The notes under the pieces are model-generated. The model was not told where the DNA came from. It searched no databases and saw only the letters and a program-made list of their open reading frames with translations. Positions 12,152 to 25,277 of a DNA stretch of 64,000 nt are shown one piece after another. The position numbers and the translations under genes were made by a program. Source of the stretch: Azolla caroliniana (Eukaryota > Plantae > Polypodiophyta); assembly GCA_043228905.1 (NCBI GenBank), contig JBHGNT010000004.1, positions 16,988,001 to 17,052,000 on the forward strand. Reading direction: 5' to 3'. Within the stretch, counting starts at the first letter, position 1; each line of letters begins with the position of its first letter.

Positions 12152-12556
12152 GTATCTTCTTCATTTGAAGAAGAAAGCAAGCGCCTGCTCTTCTTCTTCT
12201 TCTTCTTCTTCTTCTTCTTCGTGAACAAACAATCAAACATCTCAAATTCATTTGTTCCCCCCCCCAATAAAAAAACCCTGCAACTCAATTTGATCTTCTG
12301 TAGTTTTAGTAGTACTCGAATCTCAATCCATCCAAACTGCAAAAAGAACACAAAAGCCTTCCCTTCCCAATACCTAATTAATTACATACCCCACTAACCA
12401 TATTATACTCTACTTAACAAGGCCACAATCAAAGCAGGCAAACGCATCACAAACATATATACATATAGACTAACTTGTGTGTGTGTGTGTTAGAGTCTTG
12501 TAATATACTCTTCTCTCTTGTAATATAGCCCTCCAAAACAGACCTTCCTTCATTCA

Positions 12557-15500
12557 ATGGAGACACACATCCCCACCATTAGTGGCACTCTCTTCACTCA
12601 CCATCACATTAATAATGCCATCCCAATCACACTAATTAAACCAAACAGTACTACCAGTACCACCACCAAATTAGCCCCACCTAGTGCTGTCAGCATCTCT
12701 TCCCAATCCTCTACAATTAGCGGTCACCCCAATAATAATACATCATCATCATCCCCTGGCAATAGTTCCGGGCTTCATATCCATGACTACACTCTCCCTC
12801 ATTACCAGATTGATGAGGAGACTCGCACAAATCCTCATGATCATCCATTAGCAGCATATCATGACCTCCACATGGAGACCTCTGGCTCGAGTCAGGATAA
12901 TCATCATGAGCCTGTAGCTCGTGACTCATACTGCCTAGTAGTGGACGACGAATTGGCTTCACAGGCCCATGACAAGGACTCAATGTCATCTTTCCTCCAT
13001 CCAGTACCTCTCCATGAAGCCAACGAAATCTCAAAGATGTGTGAACTGAGCAATCTTGCATACACGATCCCTCAGATCAAGGTAATTAGTTAACACATTA
13101 AACCTAAACATCATGTTTGAATATTTATTTTGTAAATATTGATATTTCTCAACAGTAAATTAAATTTCCCACTAACATAAGGATGGATTGTTCGTCATGA
13201 TGTGTTGTGACTCTTGTCAACAACACAACAGCCTGAGCAATTGTGGAAGGATCACGCTCGAAGCTTTGTAACTTCTTCATTTGTTAAGAAGGAAATACGC
13301 CAGGCATCCATGTCCAACAGAAAAATGACAAAGTCTGGCTCCTCTAATGACAAGAAAGGAATAAAACAGACAAGGGGAGGAGGAAATGAAGTTTCGGCAA
13401 GCAATGCCAAGACTTTTAGGAAGCAAGCAGTGGATAGCCTCCACCAAGAGGTATTAAGGAAAAATACAACAGCATCTAAGAGTAGATTAACGACAGAACA
13501 GGAAACTTCCTCCCAGTCAAAAGATCAGGAGATAAAGGATGGAGACATTAAATTAACATGTTGTCCATGTGAGTGGTTCATATGTGATGATGAAGAAAGG
13601 AAGATTAGATACCTGGTGATACAGGTAAATGACCAACACAATCTTCTCATTACTATATATACATGTTATGGTCTAGAATAAGCTAAAGTTTCTTTTTCTT
13701 TTTTTAGTTGTGGATCTAAGCTTAGATAATGCTATCAAAATATTCACATACAAACACATCTTTTTCATGAATTATGTGACATCTGGTTTCTTTCCTTTTT
13801 ATGTAAATTAGGGTTCTGAATCCTTGGCATCCTGGCAAACAAACTTGGCATTCGAGCCCACTAAATTCGAGGTAAGCTTACGAAGCCATTATATATGTAT
13901 GTAAACGAATTTCGCTTTCTAGGGCGATCTTGACATTGAGATGAATATTGGAACAATATAGGGTCTCGACGATGTATGGGTACACCGAGGGATATATGAA
14001 GCGGCAAATGGATTGTATGAGGAAGTGATGGGAGATTTACATGAAATGGAACAAGGATGGAGGTTGTGTTTCACGGGGCATTCACTAGGGGGAAGTCTAG
14101 GGATGTTGGTCGCATTGATGGCAATAAGACGGGGCACTCTACAAGCAAACATGATGGAGGGAGTTGTGAGTTTTGGTGCACCATATGTGTTATGTGGTGG
14201 GGAACATCTCCTCGAGGATTTATGCATGTGCACCTCACAAATCCTCAATGTCATCCTTCCTCGTGACATTGTCCCCCGTGCCTTCTCTTGCAACTACCCC
14301 AACCATGTTGCCCACATCCTCAAGCATGTCAATGGAACCTTTCGCCATCACCCATGTTTGAATTCTCAGGTAACTTGCCACATGCAAGGAAGGACACCAT
14401 CCTGTTCTCAACTCACCTTAATCACCTTTAACATGCATCAATGCCATTGTCATTTGTCTTTTTAATTTTCACGAGGAAAATGAACTATGAATCATCCGAG
14501 GATTCAATCTTTGCGACGTTGACAATACACACTAATAATATGTCCTACTATCACCATCCAAACTATAACAACATCATGTGTGTGCCAATAGTGTTCTAGT
14601 GTCTTCAAATAACATGAGACATCTTCAAGCTAACCTCTTTTTTTTCACATTTATATAATCCTCATTAGCATATGTCACATTTTGAGGAGCCAAAATAATC
14701 TAGGAATGAGGTGTGTTCTCATCATATTCATTAGCATTTGCCAGAAATAAGTTCAATGTGGAGTATTAGTATGGTATGTCTTTCTTCTTCAAGATTCCAT
14801 TTTGCTTTATTAAAATTTCCACCCCTTATATATTCTACATCAACATGAAAAGTGGATTAATTGGTCCTTGGTACATTTAAATAAATGGGATGTTCATGTA
14901 TCGCACATATTTTGCTAAGAAATAAAGAATCTTTTCTAAAACATTTGACATACAAAATGAACTTTTATATGCTGGAGACCATTTTTATGTTTGAACCAAC
15001 CAATATTAGGTTTCATAAGTTCTCCACTTGCATCTTATATCGTTTTTTGCTTGCATAGATCTCATTTAGTAGGGTCACTATGCTTTACCTTGCATTTTTA
15101 TTCTACGAAGAATCGGATTATACCTGATTTGCCATTGGTTTTTCTTTTATATTCTTCTAAATATAATACATCATTATATACTTGGGAGGGAACCTAGAGC
15201 ACAACCATATTCATCATTGTTAATTGTTAAAATCATTTATGTAGTTCGGAACTTGTGTTATTTGATCATTTACATAAAAGCAATTTGACTACAACACATG
15301 GACTACAATCATAATAAATCATACTCTATTAACATATACTCAAGTTGATAAGCATAAAACATATAGAGAAAGTTTGATAGAGGATTTACGTTTAAATGAA
15401 TACTGCATTAATAAAATTGTGTGAGATTAAATTTGAGCCACAAAAACAATGTTTTAAATTCGATATGCCATGCAGATGTTATTATATACACCATTAGGAG

Positions 15501-16057
15501 AAATGTTGATATTGCAACCAAGTGGAGATGGTGGGGAGCATGAATTGTTACCAAAAGGAGGAGATGCACAATTGCATAAGATAAGACATCCATCCAAATG
15601 CCAGTCTAACGACAAGGTCCATGATGTGGTGGAGAGAATGGAAGTTGTTAGGGCACAAAGGGCATTCTTAAATGTTCCCCATCCATTAGAAATAATGATG
15701 AAGTACCCAAGGGCTATAGCACAAGATCACGACCCTCGCACTTATGCCAAAGCCATGAATATGGTGCTTGCATCTCATCAACATGTATCACTAGATTTTA
15801 CACTCCCTAATTATTTCCCATATCAACAAGTCTTCATGGATCATAAACACGACCTTAATCCACAACCATCCACACCCCACAACTTATTTAGATACATTTA
15901 CAGTTTGTTCATCACCGTACTCAGCAATTTCCCAGTTGAAAAAACCATACCTCAAAATTATTCCAAGGATTTTGTATCTGAACATGTCCAAATTGGTATC
16001 ATCCTCATCCTCACTATGACAATTCGTCTTGTATCTTCCTTGCTAACATTAGCTTAG
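12557..16057 (+). CDS. Class-3 lipase / phospholipase A1 of the PLIP (plastid lipase) family, 5 exons
   Basis: Exons 12557-13081, 13232-13624, 13812-13871, 13962-14369, 15476-16057, all GT-AG and phase 0. Motifs: ELSNLAYTIPQIK, FVTSS, PCEWFICDD, IQGSESLASWQTNLAFEP, VHRGIYEAA, FTGHSLGGSL (Ser), RDIVPRAFSCNYP (Asp), QDHD (His). Confidence 0.92.
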
Positions 16058-17406
16058 GATGAAGTTAACCAAATTAGGGATCTAGTATCTTGTTCAATAG
16101 GATTGATACTAGACCCATTATTCCTTATTCAAATTCAAATCTTAGCTAGGCGACTTTTCTTTTCTAAATCATTTTTTGAAGCTCACCATACAAGGCTTTG
16201 AAAAAACCCTTTGTGGGCCTAAAGCCAATTGTATCAGTGATCTTTTGTGTAACTTGAAGGAACGATTCCATTATCTAAGTTACTTTCAAAGTCTATGTTA
16301 ATGAAAAGATGTTAGTAGTGCTTGACAAAATGTGATTCATAAACTATAACTTTGCATTTCTAACCAATTTTAATAACTTAGATATTAATATAAATGGAAA
16401 ATAAAACAATTTCTAATTTCCAAACATTGTAATGTTGAAATATTGTCGAATGATCATGATTTTTTTATGACATCATGTGAGATGCTCTTCATTATCGATA
16501 ACATGATTAGGGTTTAGTGTATGTTTTTCTCTAGCTTATCCTCTTCAAGTTCCATTCTCAATCTGTCCATATATCTATCTATATAACTAATCTTGGACAA
16601 GTTCCATTCTCAACTTCAAGCTCATGACATGGCATTGGTGGTGAAATGTTAAAGACATGGCTTGCTCCAAGTATGAATACAAATTAAAGAGTAGATATCC
16701 CAACATGTTGGATTTACAATAAGTGTACTTCTTATTTAATGCAATTTTGACCATCATGATACATTGGTTAATTAGGATCCTATGAAAGTACATAAAGCAA
16801 CTCTTTCCCATGTGGTGGTTAATTATTGATGATTGTATAATCATCCCACATTTTTTGCTTGATAGAATTTTCTTTCGTAACTTTGTGTATTCCCATGTGG
16901 TGGTTAGTATTTGTGGGTATGTGAATGTTTGTTATATGTGTGTTAGTGAATGTATTAGAGTAGGCATAAATGTAAGTGTAGAGGTATTTTCATATTTATT
17001 TGTCTCGATAAGTATTTATGTTTTTAAATCTGTTTTGAGCAAATGTGTGTTTATGCATGTAGGCAAGTGTATGTTTATGGGTTTTGATGTATGTTTTTAA
17101 TGTGTATGTATGTGTAAGCATTTATTATTGGAAGGATGTATATGTTTTTAAGAAAATTTATACAATTTTTTTCCAAAGAAAAAACTCATTCCATTAGTTA
17201 TAATTTTTTTACAAAGTAGAGTGTTATATACAAATCCCTATAGGGACGCGATAGTTCCATCTTATGTGGATGCCCACTGACTCAATAAAAGGAGAGGACG
17301 GCCATTGTTGGATGAAGGCTAGTCATTGTCTTTCAACTCCATCGAATCCGCCTGTGAGGCCATCGTATTGGTTGTTTAAAGTGGCTACAACTTCACTCCA
17401 TATCTA

Positions 17407-17660
17407 ACAATCGGCAACGTTCGGTTTGGTTCGAGAGGGCCATAACCGAACCGTTTACAATTTCACAAACCTGAACCAAACCGAACCATGAAACCGTTAA
17501 ACCGAACCATTAAAAAAATCAAACTGTTAAGCCATTAAAACCGGTAAAGCCGCGGTTTCGTGATTCGGTTTCGGTTTTTAGCTTACGTCAAAATTCAAAA
17601 TTCAAAATTTTAAAATTTTAAAATTTTCATTATTTAAAATTTAAAATTTTCACACTTGAG
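17407..17660. mobile_element. Fragment of a non-autonomous DNA element rich in AAACCG/CGGTTT motifs
   Basis: Inverted AACCGAACC/CGGTTTCGGTT clusters; resembles 60797-61349. No clear TSD. Confidence 0.4.
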
Positions 17661-18890
17661 CCCTCGTCTTATGTCACACCACGTCTTCCACATGGATGCA
17701 TTGAATTTATCCTCCAATTGGCATGAGAATCTTGGTTTAAGATCCATGTTTAGAATCCATCCGATTTGGGGGGTCTAATTGGCCTGTTTTCATGACTTAA
17801 AGTAAGCGAAATGTAACTGCAGTAGCACTTTCCAGCTGTCATCCCTAGTTGTAATCCTCACACCGCAAATTTGGCGAGTAGGGATTTGGATTGTGAGAGG
17901 GGATCAATAAGACCCAATCCTCCTCTTGACTTAGGTGATATGAGTATAGGCCACGCCACCTTGGCCGGAACTGCATGATCTTCCTTCCAAGACCAAATGT
18001 AGTTGCGTGCCGTATACTTTCCTTGGAGACTGTCCAACATGATAGGTTGTACCATGTTATTGTGAGTAAGACTTGGTTTGCCACTATGATGCGACCTGCT
18101 AGAGAGAGTTTTTTCAAGCTCCAATGTATCAACTTTTGTTGAATGGAGTGAATAACTAGTGCAATCATCGTCTATGGAGGAATGTTGAATCCAATTTGGA
18201 AACCCAAATACTTGGTGCTTACTCCCTGATTTATCCACTTGAAAGTGGGATGCGGGTGCCATGCAGGATGTGCTTCATGAGAAAGCCATATTGCATAGGA
18301 TTTGTGTCAATTGATCATGGTGTTTGATCTCTTGCAAAACATGGCTACTCCACTTTCCATCGTCTTTAGATTTTCCAAGTCCCCTTGCATGTAGACTGCG
18401 ATGTCATCTGCAAATTCTATATCCATGAGGCTTTGGTGAGAGTGTGGCACAGGAAGACCACATAGATTTAGATGTCGCGAGTTGAGAAAACTAGAGAGTG
18501 GTTCAACGAATAATAGAAATAAGGATGGAGCCAATGGGCATCCCTTTCGTACAAATCACGATAATAGGAAGAAGGGGCCTCTTTCTCCTGCTAGTTGTTA
18601 CCCCGTACGAGATGTACGGAGAGTCAATGTGATGAGTGAGGGTCAAATGTTATCATGATGATTGTTGTGTGTGTGTAGGGGGCATAAATGTAATTGTGAG
18701 TCGATACGTATGTGAACACATGCACACGTGTGTGCATGTGGATGGATACGAGGAGGTGTGAGTGAGTGTCCAATATGAATGCTCTAGGGGGCTTACACCC
18801 CTTTGTATCTACCCCCTCTTGTACTATTTAACCCCTTATGGGGAATGAATGAATGAATTATCATTTTCTCTCTCAATCTCTCTCTCTCTT

Positions 18891-18930
<40 letters not shown>

Positions 18931-20242
18931 CCTCAACGTTGAATCCCCTTGGGAGGGGGGTGGAGCCATTCTAGGCACCACCCCCCACCCCGCAATGCTT
19001 CTCAATGCTCATCCTGTCATCATCAAATGATTATCTTCGTCATCACACCCACCATGTCTAGCTTTATCATCAATCGTCATGATTATCATAAATGTTAACC
19101 CTAAACCTACAACACTAGTGAAACGCAACTGCTAGCATTCCTATAAAGGTCGGTAGTGCCTTTTATCCATGACTCTTGAAAGCTAAGTTTCCCCATCACA
19201 CTTTCTAGAAAATTGTAAAATACCATGTCATATGCTTTCTCAAAATCTAGGAGCACCACAAATACGTTGTTGTTGGTATGTTTGGCAAGAGTTATTGCTT
19301 CCTAGAATGAGAAAAGGTTGTCTAGCATGCTTCGATTTCTAACGAAACCTTTTTGGGACGAATGAATGAGTTGAGGTAGATGTGGTGCTAAGTAGCATGC
19401 CATGATTTTTACGAGCAACTTATAGACAATATTGAGAAGAGTTATGTGCCGCCACTTACTAATGTCGTTGGCACTCCCACCACTTTTAGGAATGAGATGT
19501 ATCATCCCCTATCCAAATTCCTCCATCATGTTTCGAGAGGTGATGATCTCCTCATATGCTTGGAGGAGGTCTTCTTTAATAGTATCCCAAAGGCTCGTGA
19601 AGAAGTGAGGGGTGAGGCCATCAATTCCAGGGTAGCTATCTGCATCCAAATCAGAGAGTGCATTCCATATTTCAATGATTGATAGGGGACGTGTGAGCCA
19701 TGTATTAATTTCTATCATGACTTTTTGGGGTATGCTCTAGAGGATAATATCTTCTCTTGTGTCTTCCCCTGTGGCCATACTATCTTCGGTAAGTAATCGC
19801 TTATAGTAAGTTGTGGCAATATTCCTCATTTCATCGCCATCTTTATAGTGGTCATTCCATCCTCTCAGTTGAGGTTGTGCCTCAGTCCCTTGGATCAGAA
19901 GAATTCCTTCGTGGTTTTGTCCCCTACTCAAATCCAGCAAGCCATTCTTCCATGAAACTCCATGTCATAGATTGCCTTTTTTGACATGATGAGTTATTGT
20001 TTGGCCATGGCAACCTGTCCCACGATCCAAATGCATGACGTGTATCTATATTGGAATCGTTGCAAGGTTATTAGTCCCTACTTTGTCATCTGTCTCTTTT
20101 CCTAAGTGTCCTTACTTTTGGTCTTGATGATCTCTTGTAAAATATTTAAACTATTGGTTTTATTGTGTCCAATTCCTCCGTAGCCTGTTGCCGAAGCTGG
20201 TCAAAAATCTTTGAATCAATTTTGAAGTCGTTTTGCTACACA
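17660..20242 (-). mobile_element. Degenerate L1/Tx1-type LINE ORF2 (reverse transcriptase)
   Basis: Fragments PGIDGLT..FF, LIPKSG..KWRHITLLNIVYKLL, LLDFEKAYD, RKGCPLAPSLF, EFADD, LSLAGRIIVANQVL and KVAW..L..PKSRGGLGLID, with many stops and frameshifts. Confidence 0.85.
18596..19114 (-). mobile_element. Solo LTR (519 bp) inserted in the LINE
   Basis: TG...CA termini and a perfect 5-bp TSD CTAGT (18591-18595, 19115-19119). The LINE RT frame rejoins across it (ASSCVSLAGERGPFF). Confidence 0.9.
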
Positions 20243-23200
20243 TGTCGGGTTTCCGATCTCGTGCATGGTCTATGATTCTCTATTGTATGATCTTTGCTCT
20301 GTTGATTCGAGGACATCCATTCTCCATTTGTGCTTCTGTTTGTAACAGATCTAATCGGGCGTGCCAAATTTTGTGTTGTCCCTGTCGACTAACACAAAGG
20401 TCGAACAACTATCTTACAAATTCGCTCTATCAATAAGATTGTGGTTGGAGATTGGACCTAGTCGATTTTGTTCGACCAAATTCTTGAACACAGTTATCAT
20501 AAACATGCACCTTAAATTACCATACTCAATCACTTATTATTATCAGAAAAACATCATTATGATCGATTGTTAGCTATATATATTATGAGTAAGAGAATCT
20601 GCAATAGCAACCCATGACACAGAATATACTTGTAAATAGTTAGATGCGGAAGCTTATGAACCGACAATCATTCGATTATCCGGAAATTGAACATATTGTT
20701 AACACAAAACACAGAGTACAGGAAGGAGAGAGAGAGAGAGAGACTGAGTGAGTGAGAGCAGACAACAAATTCCATTACAAAATGCTTAATACATTACAAA
20801 ATGCTCAATACATTACAAAATGCTTAACAACACTTTATATATACATGCTCATTTGTTAGGGTTGTTATGAAGTATAAACATGTACTTCAATGCCCTTAAA
20901 AGAGCCTATGACACTAACTGCCTATATTAGGCATGTTTCCTAGAATAGGTCTAATCGGCACGTGTGATGTTCTGAGTCGACTTCCACAGCCGCTCCGTCA
21001 TTCGGATTCGGTATCCGGCTTCTTCAGCTGATCTGGCATCCGGTCCAGAACCTAGTTCAGAGTTTAGGCTTATCAGCCTAAGTGGGCCTAGCCAACCGGA
21101 TCAATTTCAGTCTAGCCTACCTGCTTTTCTAGTCAGTCCAGCCCATGTTGAGCTTGCTCGCTCAACATTCCCCCTCAAGCTCAACTTGAGGTTGGTCCAT
21201 CGTGTCAGGTGTAGCCGGTCCTTGCATCCGACTCCTTCTGGCATCCTCCCGTCTAGGTCGTGCTCCACATCCAATCCAGTCTAGCGTCCGACAACCCCGT
21301 TGGTTCGACGCTCCTCGACTCGTCCGGTTCTGCACACGTCGACCCCTACGGTCAGCGTGTCAGTTCGTCAAGCCCTTTTAAGCTCCCTCATTGGTATGGC
21401 TTTGGTGCCCCTCAACCCGCCTACTCCTTCGTTTTAGTGTTGGCTTCGGCTGCCTTCTTGTTCGCCTGGTCTTCATATGATTCGGCTCTCCCAAATCAAA
21501 CTCCTTGATCGAATGGTTGTCTCCGATTCGTTTTCCATCTTGTTTGAATCAGTTGTCTCTGATTCACCTTTCTTCTGGCCTTTGACCACATTTGCCCATG
21601 TCCTGGTCTTGGCCTTCTTGTTCCGGTCGGCTCTGTCCTTCTTGACTTTACCACCTTTGCCGAATGTTTCGGTCGATTCGGCTTCTTCTTTGACTCTCCT
21701 CTTGTCTTCTTCTACCTGTTTCTCTGTCTCGTTACCTTTGTTCTCCTCCCCAGGTGTCCTACCTCTCAAGTGCGGCATGTCGAGATATTGTAGCCCAACT
21801 ATCTCTGAAAAGTGTTGCAACTTGTCCAATCCGAGCACCTTGGGGAAAATGTTGGCAACTTGTTGATTGGTTCAAACAACCTGCTTTTTGTTGCCCCACG
21901 CTACTGTTGCGCTCCCAAGAGAGAAATAAACCCTGATGTCGACCGCCAATCGGTGGCGTCTTCAGCCCAATCGACATTAGTATACCCGACCAATTGTTCT
22001 ATTATGTTGTGCCGACATAATAGTCCCTGATCCTTCGTGCCGCTCACATATCTCAATATTCAATGCGCGCACTGAAGTTGCACCATCAACGATTGCGACA
22101 TGAATTGGCTGATTAGCCCGACCAGATAGCTAAGGTTTGGGCGGGTGATAGTTAAGTATATCAAGCTTTCGATTATCTGTCATAACCGTGTTGGATCGCA
22201 TGTCGTTTCGGATCAGGGCAAAACTTGACATTCCTGTCAAGAGGAGTTGCAATGGATTTACAATTCTTCATGCCAAACTTGAAGAGCATACTTAAAACAT
22301 AGTGTCGTTGACTAATTAGTATGCCCTCCGGGTTGCGGATCACTTCAATCCTGAGGAAGTCGTGAAGGTCCCCCAAATCCTTCATCTCAAATGCAGCTGA
22401 CAATTGGGACTTGTCTTGGTTGATTTCAGTAAGGTCGGGGCCTGTAATGACCAGGTCATCCACGTAAAATAAAATACAAATATAGATGGGGCTTTTCTAA
22501 CCTTTTCGGATGAACAACGAATAGTTGGACTTTGAAAACGCAAACCCCATCTTGCGCAACCGTTGCGTGATTTTGGAGTTCCAAGCTCGTGGGGCTTGTT
22601 TGAGGCCGTAAAGCGACTTCTTTAGCCGGCATACTACCTACCGACTTGTTCAATTCTAATCTCTAACCAAAATCCAAGGTTTGGACCATAAATACTTGTT
22701 CTTCAAGGTCACCTTGAAGAAACACGTTCTTGACATCCATTTGATGGAGATGCCACTCCCTTGCCAATGGTACCACTAGCACAAAGGTCTCATCGTAGTT
22801 GATGTCGTGGGTTTGCACGTAGCCTTTGGCCACCGGACGGGCTTTGTATCGATTGACAAAGTCGTTGGCATTGTACTTTACCTTGTACACCCATTTGCAT
22901 CCGATTGGTTTGCAATGTCGGGGAGGATCCGCTAGGTCCCATGTTTCGTTGACAACTAGTGCCTGCATTTCTTCCTCCATGGTTGTTTGCAAATTGGCAT
23001 CTTGTGCCTCCTCCGCATAGCACTCCAGCTCGCGTATTTCCACCACCTTTGTCATGTACACATAATGATGCGCCATGTACTCATTGTATCCATATCAGAT
23101 CATCGGGATCTTGTGGCGAGTCGATCAATGTAACTTCTCATTCGCCAATTTCAAGGCCCTCTTGGCTGAATTTGCCCTCAACTCTTGAGGCTCCTTTTCA

Positions 23201-23751
23201 CTCTAGTTGGTGTTGGATTGTCCCTGATCCAATGCACCTCTGTCTGTACCGCACTTCGGCATCTTCATCTTCCCCTTCTCTTTGTGCGTATATTGTCTCC
23301 TCGGTTTCTAGCATAGGGAATGCACGACCGAGTCTTCACTGTTCGTCGGCTCTTCATTCGACTGGTCATTCCAACTTAGTCTCTCAATTGGCCCACTTAG
23401 CCGGAACGAAACCGGATTCTCATACGAAGTGTTGATTTCTTCTCCTTTGAATACCAGATTATCAACCTCACTGGCGTCGTTCTCAGTAATCGGCACGGAG
23501 TTGGTGGTCGAAAATGGCAAAGAATACCAGGACGCTGATTCGTCAAAGACGACGTCATGACTCACTCAAACTTGCGTCACTCGGAGGTTGTAGCCTTTGT
23601 ATCCCTTCTGTTCATGAGAGTAGTCGACCAAGATACACTTCTCCGACTTGGCATCCAACTTCTTCCACTTCTCATCTGGCACGTGCACATAAGCAATGCT
23701 GCCATGCATGTACTTTTTCTTGTGTTTAGAGAAATTGTTGAGACTTCTCAT
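20243..23751 (-). mobile_element. 5'-truncated Ty1/copia element (integrase C-terminus, RT, partly deleted RNase H, extension, PPT, 3' LTR)
   Basis: AYVHVP..KLDAKSEKCI, PIGCKWVYKVK..RYKAR.VAKGY, QMDVKNVFLQGDL, YVDDLVITG, FEMKDLG. The PPT TTGAGGGGGAA is followed by TGTTGAGC at 21167. The 3' LTR spans ~20243-21167 (left edge approximate). No gag or 5' LTR is seen. Confidence 0.85.
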
Positions 23752-24296
23752 CTCTTTGTTTGAATAACGCTTTTGTACTCATGCAAATTCTTTTGATAAT
23801 TTTCTTTATCCTTGATTATATCCAAAATTATAAGGTACTTTCAAGCTTCATTCTTTATCAAACCATTTTTTCTTTGAACTACATTTCTTGATATGTGTGT
23901 GTATGTAAATGCACGCGAGTGGTATCACTATAGTGTTTTTCACATAAAATTAATATAGTCATGTGTTTTTATGAAACAAATGGAGTGTGATTTTTAGAAT
24001 GTGTTGTAATATGAACAAAAGCCATGAAAAGTTTATAAAACATCAAAATATATATATATATATATGCTTGGTAAAAAAAGGCATGACTTGATATGGAAGC
24101 TTATAAATAGAGTACAACTCTAAAACAAATCATTCTAGTTGCACGGTACGTTACATGTGAATCAAATATTCTATAAATCAAATGCTTTTTTATTTTGGCA
24201 TCAATGTACCATGTTGATTTGTCATATGTAGTTTCACTATGTGGGGAAGAAAAGAATGATAAGGCAAAAATAAAGATGTCCTTTTACTGATGAAAG

Positions 24297-24525
24297 CATA
24301 GTATGTAATATACTCGAATGCATTGGTAAACAATCTTTTTCATACGAATGCGTATGTTATGAAAACATTCTGATGTTTTTTTTTACGCATTTTACCTTTA
24401 AAAAAATTACATTATAATAAATGATGAATACAAAAGTATGGTATTTACCATCCTTCGAGGGTGTTTACCATACTCGAATGATTGAAACATTCTCGAATGT
24501 GAATGCATGTATGGTTCATACTATG
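24297..24525. mobile_element. hAT-type MITE (229 bp)
   Basis: TIR CATAGTATG...CATACTATG and a perfect 8-bp TSD GATGAAAG (24289-24296, 24526-24533). Confidence 0.9.
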
Positions 24526-24644
24526 GATGAAAGTAGTGAAATATAGGATAAATGGAAACAGAATCTCAAAGGTATACTTTGTAGAGAAAGAGAGAGAATG
24601 TTTGCTATAAAAGCAAGTTGAATGATGATGAAGAATATGGAATA

Positions 24645-24688
<44 letters not shown>

Positions 24689-24848
24689 AAGAATATACCT
24701 TAGTGGCTATATAAGGGTGCTTTAGTAACATCTTATATGAGGGTTTGGGAGATAGAGAGAAATATCTAAAGGTACATCAACACAAACTAAAAGCTTATAA
24801 ATTTTGTCGACAGTGGATTGTTACTTTGTAGCATCATTCCGAAGTATA

Positions 24849-25277
24849 ATGATGAATCTAGGGGAAAAATACTTCCTAAGGAGTCGTGTCAAAGCACAAG
24901 ACGACCCTAAGAAGCTTCAATCTGGCTACATTGACCTAGAAAAAAGACTAAAGGAAATGGAGGAGGCTTTGACAAGAAAACGAGAGGAATGTACCCAGAT
25001 CAAGCATGTGTTAGAGGGCAAGGTGAATGCCCTCCAACTCTCCATCCAAGAGTTAGAAAAGAAACAATTTGAGATGCTACAAGCCTTCCAAGGTCAAATC
25101 AAACATGCCATGGATGAACTTTCACAAAAGCTTCTCGATGTAGAGAACACTCGTTTGGAAGACCTTGCCAACTTCCAAGACAATCTTGAAAAGCAACATT
25201 ATGACACCAAACAACTACTTGATCATGCATTTGTATCATTGTCAAACATCTCCAAAGCCCTAGTTTCCTACACTTAA
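24849..25277 (+). CDS. Hypothetical 142-aa coiled-coil protein
   Basis: Open E/K/Q/L-rich frame with heptad character. Upstream are TATATAA at 24708, a (GA)n tract and a possible 5'UTR intron 24772-24831. No family recognised. Confidence 0.5.
   Translation: MMNLGEKYFLRSRVKAQDDPKKLQSGYIDLEKRLKEMEEALTRKREECTQIKHVLEGKVNALQLSIQELEKKQFEMLQAFQGQIKHAMDELSQKLLDVENTRLEDLANFQDNLEKQHYDTKQLLDHAFVSLSNISKALVSYT

Noticed and set aside
11976-12351. Poly-Arg/poly-Lys ORFs
   Set aside because: Antisense translation of (CTT)n in the lipase upstream region.
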